A stretch of 64,000 bases of DNA from Octopus sinensis (taxonomy: Eukaryota). The DNA is taken from NCBI RefSeq assembly GCF_006345805.1, contig NC_042998.1, positions 130,200,001 through 130,264,000 on the forward strand, read 5' to 3'. The notes beneath the pieces are model-generated. The model was not told where the DNA came from, made no database searches, and was given only the letters and a program-made list of their open reading frames with translations. Numbering within the stretch: position 1 is the first letter of the stretch; each line of letters begins with the position of its first letter. The translations under genes were made by a program, and so were the position numbers. Shown here in pieces: positions 54,721-64,000 of the stretch.

Positions 54721-55592
54721 CGGCAAAATGTCTGTGCATCTGTTTGTCTGTGTGTCTGTGTGTCCTTTATACAAATCCACAGTTTTTTACGTAAAAGTTT
54801 CGCATTTTCTATGGGCTTTCAAAACTTTCTGAGGGTGGTCGTGAAGATCTTTTCGTTTCCCCAGTCACCCTAGAAAGCCATTAAGAAATCGATAAACCGA
54901 CCACTTATGCCCATACGTTATGGGCATATCCATTCAAAATCGCTAAAACATACCTATTATTTATACCTTAGTTAACATTGATGTCTTACGTGCTTCTATG
55001 CGTCATGAACTTATAACTATTGACCTTACTGCGTTAGCTGCTTCAATACGTCATACTCATAAAATCACTTTGAATGCTATTTTTTGTGGTCTAATTGCTC
55101 TGCCTTTTCTTCCCACCATTGCTATTCACTCAAAGGAAGAGGGAGTTAGGTGAGGGGATTGGTGTCAAAATGGCTGGTATGTGCAACTTGATCACCTCTG
55201 CCAGTCAAAATCCCAATCCATGCGTTCCCGTCGCGACACTGATTGCGCAGAACTGGGTTGGGTGTGAAACCAAAACTCAACAAACGAGATTTATGTGTAT
55301 TTTCAAAATCACGCTATTTTGTGGCCAAATTCGAGTTTTTCGCATCTTCTGCCTCCTTTTTTGTCCGACTAATGGCATGTGCACAGTCCCGCTAATTTTC
55401 CATGATTATGCCGAGGTCCAATGAGTATTAATTACTCTCTTAAAAAGTTCCAACTAGCTCATAAGCAACAAAACTGGCCCGGCTGAAATGTGGTAAGAAA
55501 CTAAGCTCGTGATTTAGTGAGAAATTTTTAATGCGACCCGGCAACGAGCAACAAGCACTATCAATAGACCCGGCAGCGCCGGGTCATAGTAT
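54700..55592 (+). mobile_element. Probable non-autonomous Helitron
   Basis: TA-rich start followed by (GTCT)-like repeats; subterminal GC hairpin GACCCGGC-agc-GCCGGGTC (55567-55585) just before ATAGT, a degenerate CTAG end. Confidence 0.6.
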
Positions 55593-55644
55593 ATGCATAT
55601 ATATATATATATATAATGCTAAAATAATTTTATAAAAAACATTT

Positions 55645-55680
55645 CAGTACCGCTTTCAGTCAATGAGACTTTTTCAACTG
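55645..55680 (-). ncRNA. Hammerhead motif with U3-A8 core (UUGAAAA)
   Basis: Minus strand: CAG-TTGAAAA-AGTC-tcatt-GACT-GAAA-gcg-GTA-CTG. Stem III is one change from the palindrome ACCGGT. Confidence 0.6.
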
Positions 55681-55797
55681 TAACAATTAAATAATTAAAT
55701 TTAGAAAAATTAAAAGAAAAGTTTTTTTTAAAAGAATATTTGTATAGTGTTCAAATACAAGTGGCACTTTCCTTGTTTCTGCCTGTGTCTGTCTGTC

Positions 55798-55927
<130 letters not shown>

Positions 55928-56112
55928 ATAATAACAATGGGAAATCCGTGGTTTTCGCTGGTATGCTTTCAATTTAATTAGATAACAATGAAGGAAGAAG
56001 TAGAGATGAAGGTAGCATTTGTAATCGTTTCAATTTACTGCTTTAAGTAAGTCTTCAGAATGCGAATATAGATAGATTCATCGGTTAGGATGCGAAAATA
56101 ATTGATACATAT

Positions 56113-56373
56113 GTGAAAACACCGCCACCAAACAGCCGCCTTGTAGTTGCCTTTGAAAATGAACTCTGGGATAAAATAAAGAGCCTAAAATACAAGCGAC
56201 ATTCACTAAGGAATAACACCTACCAAAAGAACCTAAAAGACCTGCTATATAAGCTCAATTCACAGAACGGAATTATTGTTCACTCGGACAAAACTAGGAA
56301 TTCTTACACCCTGGATGTAAACCTATACAACCAAGTGCTATATAAGGAAATCTCTAACAGATATAAATTTTAG
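56113..56373 (+). mobile_element. Penelope-like ORF fragment, region N-terminal to RT
   Basis: AFENELWDKIKSLKY..YQKNLK..IIVHSDKTRNSY..YNQVL matches the ADKT-containing pre-RT region of PLEs. Confidence 0.7.
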
Positions 56374-56470
56374 GAAAACGAAAATTTTAGGAAAATAAAA
56401 AATAAGAAATAAGTGGAAATTTACCTGAGAGAGTGTTACATTATATATACGTAAAATATTTGGATATATA

Positions 56471-56579
<109 letters not shown>

Positions 56580-56584
56580 CCTAC

Positions 56585-56628
<44 letters not shown>

Positions 56629-56699
56629 ATATATATATATATGTATTTATATGTATATATATATGTATATATATATGTATTTATATGTATATATATATG

Positions 56700-56780
<81 letters not shown>

Positions 56781-58383
56781 CACATGTATACAAACATAGA
56801 AATGTATGAATATATGCTTATGTACATAAAATTTATTCCTCTACGATATCAGGTTGCTGAATAATGTGCTCCTCAAATGAAAGGAGGGCAAATTTATTTC
56901 TCTGGGATGTCTATTTTATACAGTTGTGAGAATGTATATAATTAAAACGTGATGTTGTGAGATTTATATACACCGATAACGTCTTTGTATTGCGGCCTTA
57001 TTTCAGTTCTTGTGATGATACCAACGCTGCTATCAAATTCACAATCACTTTGAAGTCATCAGCATCATCTAGTAGACTTGGACCTTGCAGACCTTCATTT
57101 ACACACGGGTGTTGGGTTGACGTAAAACCACAGGGTATAAGTTTGTGTGGATTACCATCGCGTTTATGTTGCTACATTATCTTCATGCATGAACAATAAT
57201 ATTCAAAGTGCTGGTTATTTCGCTTGGCCATTCTGTAAGGGACAACTTGCATACCACAGAAAACATTCCGATGAAGCATAACTTTTCTATTGATGATAAG
57301 CAGAATGTTACTCCGGTTTCATACACTGGTATTGGCCAGGGATAGAATCACATTTTACATTCCTCTCAATAGAAATTGCAACCTTGCTGAGTATATTTTC
57401 AAACAAATTCCCCACTATTATTCCTATTAATAGTTGTCTTCCATGTTACCGAGGCACAATGGTTTCTTAAATCTATTTCATAGTTGAACACTTCGCATCG
57501 TCTTCCTCGTCTTTTCTTTAATACGATCCATGCCTTTGGTATCACTTTAACATCTGCATTTGTTACCCTGACATAGTCTTATTTTCCCTGTTTTTCAATT
57601 CTAGTTTGGTCATTGCGAGCTCAATAATTTATCCTTTGCTCTGTTTCAATTTTGACCACAATATTCTGGTTTGCACAAAGAATGCTTTCTATAAATCACT
57701 TCAATATCTTAAAATAGTGACATCTGCTATTTCAACTTCTCTCCGAGCCGCTTTAGAAGCAAATGGAATTTTGTAGCAGCAATATGCAGTAGTCGTTGTA
57801 TTGAATAGCAGGAAAACATTCTCCTAGCATACATTTTCATACTTTTGCAAGCATTATTTTGAAAGTGCATAGTTCGTTGTGCATAACACAGATTCCAATT
57901 TGCCCAACAACTACAGTTGCTAACGTCTTGTTTCAACTTTGCCTTGACTTCAATAACACTTTAGCAAAATTTGAGGATTCAGCTTCAATATTCTTAAGGC
58001 TGTTAATTACTGCCTATCTCTGTGAACTTTAGAATCCGAGGGTTTCTACATTTCAAAACATTTCAAACGGTTATATTGGTGGAATCGTTTAACGAACAAG
58101 TTTATGCAAAGCGTTCATATACACATACACAGAGGCAGCGGTGGCAGTATCAGTTGTCTAGCGTCAGTTATGCCTTCCGGGTAGATGTTGCACTTTCCAG
58201 TTCTTACTCCATAACTACATTCAAGAGGTGTGGCGAAACGATGCAGCCTATGATGATGCATATTCCTTGTATTTGGTCGAGACATTCTTGGCATCAACTC
58301 ACAGACACACACGTTTGCATGTATATATGCATTCATAGATATACGTACGCAAATGTATATATAAATATATATGAGTGTGCGTG

Positions 58384-58446
<63 letters not shown>

Positions 58447-60355
58447 ATATATATATTATATATAGGTGAGGTGGATGTGTAAGTAAACATGTATGTATGT
58501 ATTATACATATGTGTGTATATGTGTCAGTGTGTTTACTTGTATAATGATAACGAAAAACTATAACAAACCACATCACAGCAAACAAGGAATGATACAAAT
58601 ATTTCGTCACCAGAAAAAAAGAAAATCTTGCGCTCAGAAATCAGACGTGGACTATTTCACTCAGTCTTTCACTGACATTGCCTCTGTCTCTGTCTCTGAC
58701 TCTCTGTTTGTCTCTCTCTCAGCTTCTCTTGTTTACTCTCACACTCATACGGCCACAAAGACCCGTACAGACACAAAGAACACTCACACATGCAAGAATC
58801 AGATGTTAAGACACAAACACTCAGTTATGTACGTATACATATAAGCATATATTGAGTTCAAAGGGCAAGGGAAACTGTGATATTTATATTCTACCATTAC
58901 GGATGATACCTACTGGAAAATGTTGATAAGAAGAAGCAAGCTATGTGTGCATTGCCAAATTGACAAAGCATTGCATGTGAAGTGAACATGAAGCAATTTG
59001 AATTCCCTCGCGGGATCAGCACACGGCACGAAACAGATGAATTAGAAATAATTTTCTAGTGTCTATTTGATAACGTTATCTCTCTGCAACCTCGCTACTA
59101 TTTGCAATTTGCAGCCATAACCTTTTCCGCTTTCATCTCCATGTCGTTGATGAGGTTTTGGGGGAAAATGGCGGGACATTATAACGAAATAAGATTCAGA
59201 TGGAGGAAACCGATTATATATATATATGTGTGTGTGTGTATGTGCGTGTGTATGTGAGTGTGCGTGCATGCTTTTGCAGGTTTGTGTGTGTGAGTGCATG
59301 TGAGTGTGTGTATATGTATTATGTGTTTGTATTTGTGTGCGTATATGTGTGAGGTATGTATGTGTGTGTATATGTATTTACGTATGTACATTTAATGGTA
59401 AAGTGAAATAGAAAGCGTATGATAAGACAGTTTCAGTAGTAGAGCCAGTAAACAAACGCTAACGACGAAAGAAAAAGAAGGTGGAGGAGGAGGAGGGGGA
59501 GTGGAAGGGGGATTCGATGAGAAATTTCGAGAAATAAAGCAGAATAGGTTTCTGTAGGAGAGAGTGAGAAAGAGAGGTGGGGAGGAGAATCGGAACAAAA
59601 ATGGAAAAAAGATAGTGGAGGAGCGTGAGGCTAAGAGCAGATTTTTTAGAACTAATAGAGTGAGTGCAAAAGAAATACATAGTGCAATTAGCTTTAAGTA
59701 TTAGCACATGGATATAAGTGAGATATTAAATGAAGAGGGGGAAGTTTTAAGATAAAGTTCAGATTGTATCCATGGGAAATCAAGTATACGTCGATGTATG
59801 AAACAGATGATGTGGGAGACGGAGGGAAGCGTTGATAAGGGCGAAGGAATGGATGTAAAACTTTAAGAGATAGTGTATAAAAAGGGAGTTATATTACAGT
59901 ATGTGTTATTTAGAAATCAACTAAGAAAGAAGTGAAAATATAGAAGGGTATGAAGTGTTATGTATAAGTGAAGAGGGAATGTGTGGAAAACATCCGTAGT
60001 ATAGAGGAAAACGGAAGCCAGAATGAATGAACAAAAACAACACAGGTAGAATGTAAAGAAGACAATAAAACACACAACACACACACACATATATATATAG
60101 AGAGAGAGGGGGGAGAGGGAATGTTAGGAAAGATATATATATAAATATGTATACCGAATTCAAGAGACACGTGGAGTGAGAAACAAACAAAGAAAAACCG
60201 ATAGAGATCGATCGATAGATAAATAACAATAGAATAGAAGAAACAAGGTAGACTGAATTGGAAATCCAAATGGTAAATAATGTAGGTATGAACATAGATA
60301 CAAGTGGATGTATGTAAATGAATGAGAGGTCGGCGAAATTGAGGGAAATCTAATT

Positions 60356-60400
<45 letters not shown>

Positions 60401-61173
60401 ATGTTATAATGTTAAAAACTTTCTTTAGTCGCTGAAGTATTGATTTTTAATTGCGATATACTGTACTCACACATTTTTCTTATATGCTTGTCTGAATGAA
60501 TTATTGTTTCATGTTCTGCGATTTTAAGCATGTGTATTCTATGCATAAGAAAATTCATTATGTAATTAAATGTTCCAGATGTGATATGTTAGGTGAATGA
60601 CCTTAAATTTGTTGTTTGTTTTCAACCAAAGTTTGTTATTCACGTCTCATTTACTTGAGTACTTCTATAGCAGTCCTATAAACCATTTTGTTCCTAATAA
60701 GAAACAATCACTATTATTATTGATATATATTTATATATAATATATATATATAAATATATATAATATTATATATATATATATATATATGCATATATCTATG
60801 TATATATATATACATCCGTAATCTACCTATCTATCTCTCTCTATATATATACACATACATATACATACATATATTTACGCACAAACTCACGCACGCATAT
60901 TAATAACAAGCATATGTATATGTTACACTTCCTGCACGCGTTTCATCATTTTCATATGTTTAATTGTTGAGTAACTCATTAGAAATCTTACTTTACAATA
61001 GTATATGAATCATACTAAGCTATAATAATCTACATGGAACACTAAATGCAATAGTAGCAGCCGAATACATACATGCATTCATACATACATACATACATAC
61101 ATGCATACATACATACATACATTCATACATACATACATACATGTATATATATATATGTTTATATATTTACATA

Positions 61174-61452
61174 TAATATAGGATAAAATTTTTCGAAAAA
61201 GATTTTATCAATGACCAGCATATTAAAAAATACTTTTAAAGGTTAGATTCATAAACAACTTATAAATAAGGGCAAAAGACAAAATTCTAATGCCAAATAT
61301 GCCGAAAATAGACAAATTGACAATAACCATATAATTTATCACTACAATCACGCGTCTCAAGTCAACGGAAATTTCTAAATAAATTTTTAAAGGTATTTTT
61401 TAATATGCTGGCGATTGATAATAATTTTTTCGAAAAATGTTATCCTATATTA
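61174..61452. repeat. About 67-bp imperfect inverted repeat with about 145-bp spacer
   Basis: TAATATAGGATAA..TTTTTCGAAAAA..CCAGCATATTAAAAAATAC (61174-61240) mirrored at 61386-61452. Confidence 0.8.
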
Positions 61453-61812
61453 GTTTCTTTTGCATATTCTTAGTTTATGCATGTATATGCAAATATAGTA
61501 TTCGTATATCCCATTTATTTTCATTAGAAATTAAATAAATACAGAATTTTGACATGTACGAATATTTAACCCCCCCCCACTGTATATATAAACTACAACA
61601 AACACCTGTATGCTACCGACATCACCTTCACACACATATTAGCAAAATGTACCCCTTATAACACTGAAGCCTATTATGTAACCCGAGGAGGTATCTCCTG
61701 CTTTGCGAAGTGCATTCGAATCCATATATTCTTCACCAGCCATTAGCGATCAAGCAGAAGCAAGCCGAAATAGTCGTTCTAGTAAACACACGCACACACA
61801 CGAACGCACACA

Positions 61813-61859
<47 letters not shown>

Positions 61860-62532
61860 AAACACACACACGCACACACATCTGCTTCAAAGAAAATAAT
61901 AATGTATAGTGGAAACAAATTTTGCTTGTTGAAGCGAAGTAATAGAAGATGAAGCTGTTAAAACTAAAAGTGGTGCGCAACGCCTAAACATGTATTATTT
62001 GAAAGTATCGATATAAGGTGTAGACTGAAATTGAGCAGGGCAGTGGGAAGTCCAATGTTTCTTTCGAGTCTTTCCTCAAGGTAAACTTCGCCAGAGAGGA
62101 ATAAGAGAAATATGGCATTTTTACAGCCTATCTTTTTTATAATTCAAAAACTGACAGAAATGTATCGAGGAAAAGGATAAGGTGACGAAAAAAATTGATG
62201 TGGAAAGGAATAATAATAGATTTACTCCAGTAAAAGAAATTGTTTGGGAAAACATATATTTATGTCCATCAGTGAAATAGTTCCGAGTTCGTATACGAAA
62301 CGATGTTCCTTCTGTTTCCTAGATTGATTGAAATCACGTAGGCAGATATGCTGCACACTGATACATGGTTAACGGAACGCCTTATTTTGTTCTTGTAGAT
62401 GCATCCAAGCAAAAAATATTCTTCAACCTCTTCTAGAATAATTTTCACCCACCATAATTTCAGTATGTGTTCTGTTAAGATGTCTTCTTCTTTGGTGTCA
62501 AATCTGTTACGTATATATATATATATATATAT

Positions 62533-62574
<42 letters not shown>

Positions 62575-62588
62575 CTGTTACAAATCTG

Positions 62589-62664
<76 letters not shown>

Positions 62665-63207
62665 AAAATGAGATTCATTTGATTAGGTACTTAGTTGAAG
62701 CACCAAGTCAGGGCGGTATTATCCGCACATCTCGGAGGTGAATAAAATCAAAATAAGCAACATGATATCAAAACGTGATGCAGTACGACCGTTTCATGCG
62801 GCTCAATTTAATTTAGCAGTTGATAAAAAGACAAATAAATTAGCATTAAACCACAATCCTTTACAAGCTATGACCCCAGTGAGCGTCATGCCTTTCTTGG
62901 GAGTGTAGTCTATTCTTAGCTACAATAGCGAGAACATGGATTTCTTCCATCTTCCTGTTCTTTGAAAGTATTTGAGAACATTTATATTAATGTATCCAAC
63001 TGATTGAAGTTCTATTTATGTGTGCAGCTGATGATAGCACTGCATTTAGATTGATGTAATGATTGCATTTAAATTGATGTAATGATTGCATACATAATTT
63101 CGTATGCTTATAAGGACTTATGTATGCATTCTGTGTTTAGATATGTGTCGGGTTTGGTGAGGAGTATTATTGACCTTGGAACTTGGCTTTCAAATTAATA
63201 CGTGACG

Positions 63208-63287
<80 letters not shown>

Positions 63288-64000
63288 CGTCTAGATGTGG
63301 ATACACCTACATATATATCAACAACAACAATAATAATAAGTATTATTACGAAGTGGCATAGCTTCACCTTCCATTCGTTTTATATATACAGCTTTACATA
63401 CACCTGCACAAGTTTCAACCCTACCGTTTAGTAACTGCTGCAATTGCAACCCTACTACAATACCGGTGCGGTTTTTTCATGGTTTTTACTTAAAGTATTT
63501 CGTTTATCTACTCTGCTTTGCATGATGTAAGTGTCTCTCGTTAAGTTAGACGTGAACTATCTTCCATTGAAGTTTTGATTGGATCACGACTTATAGTCTT
63601 TTATTTTTAAAAATTCCGTTGTTTAAAAGTTTATTATTCATTTGTGCTGGACAAATGTGGATTTCCTCATATGCAAGCATCTCAAGCCTGTTCCTATCTA
63701 GAATTTATTGTGTTACCCTTAGATGTAAACATTTTGTAAAATTCTTCTAAACAGAGATCGCATTTTTCAGTACACATAATCTTACTTTGTGAGTTTACGT
63801 TATACATTTTCATTATATTAGCCAAGTCATATCTGAACCGTGATACTTTTGATTTCTTTACTTTCTTTTACGGTTTACACATTTACTGTCATTTCTGCTG
63901 TTATTATTCCATTTGCTCCCTTAAAACGACCGACATTTCAACGGAATTATTTGTATATATACTAGAAGCATCCATATGATATAGATGTAGATTATTTTAA

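Noticed and set aside
56015-56063. Minus-strand gcatt-CTGAAGA-c-ttact/agtaa-att-GAAAC-gattaca-aatgc
   Set aside because: Stems I and II are present but there is no UH triplet and extra bases precede GAAA; at best a dead hammerhead, so not listed as a feature.
62779-62924. Minus-strand tgtag-CTAAGA...gcat-GAAAC-ggtc-GTA-ctgca
   Set aside because: Core lacks G5 and stem II cannot be closed; degenerate only.
63041-63091. Short tandem duplications here and at 21228-21295 and 23236-23290
   Set aside because: Two-copy local slippage duplications without unique spacers; not CRISPR-like.

Overview
AT-rich, microsatellite-saturated eukaryotic DNA with no recognisable intact host gene. The repeat content and (TA)n/(CA)n/(CATA)n density are typical of an octopus/coleoid cephalopod intron or intergenic region; that taxon call is an inference. 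Almost every ORF in the supplied track is a translated microsatellite. Identifiable elements: decayed Tc1/mariner transposons and MITEs, a 5'-truncated Penelope-like element (RT plus GIY-YIG), three restriction-like-endonuclease (R4/Dong-type) LINE fragments, a CR1-group LINE fragment, a probable non-autonomous Helitron, and several tRNA-derived SINE families. The main hidden signal is about ten minimal type I hammerhead ribozyme motifs, plus several degenerate ones, from at least seven unrelated sequence families. Each family has its own self-complementary stem III, the dimeric-hammerhead architecture. They include a recurrent non-canonical CUGUNGA core, a U3-A8 core variant and one copy inside a tRNA-derived SINE. 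All folds were assigned by eye, not computed.
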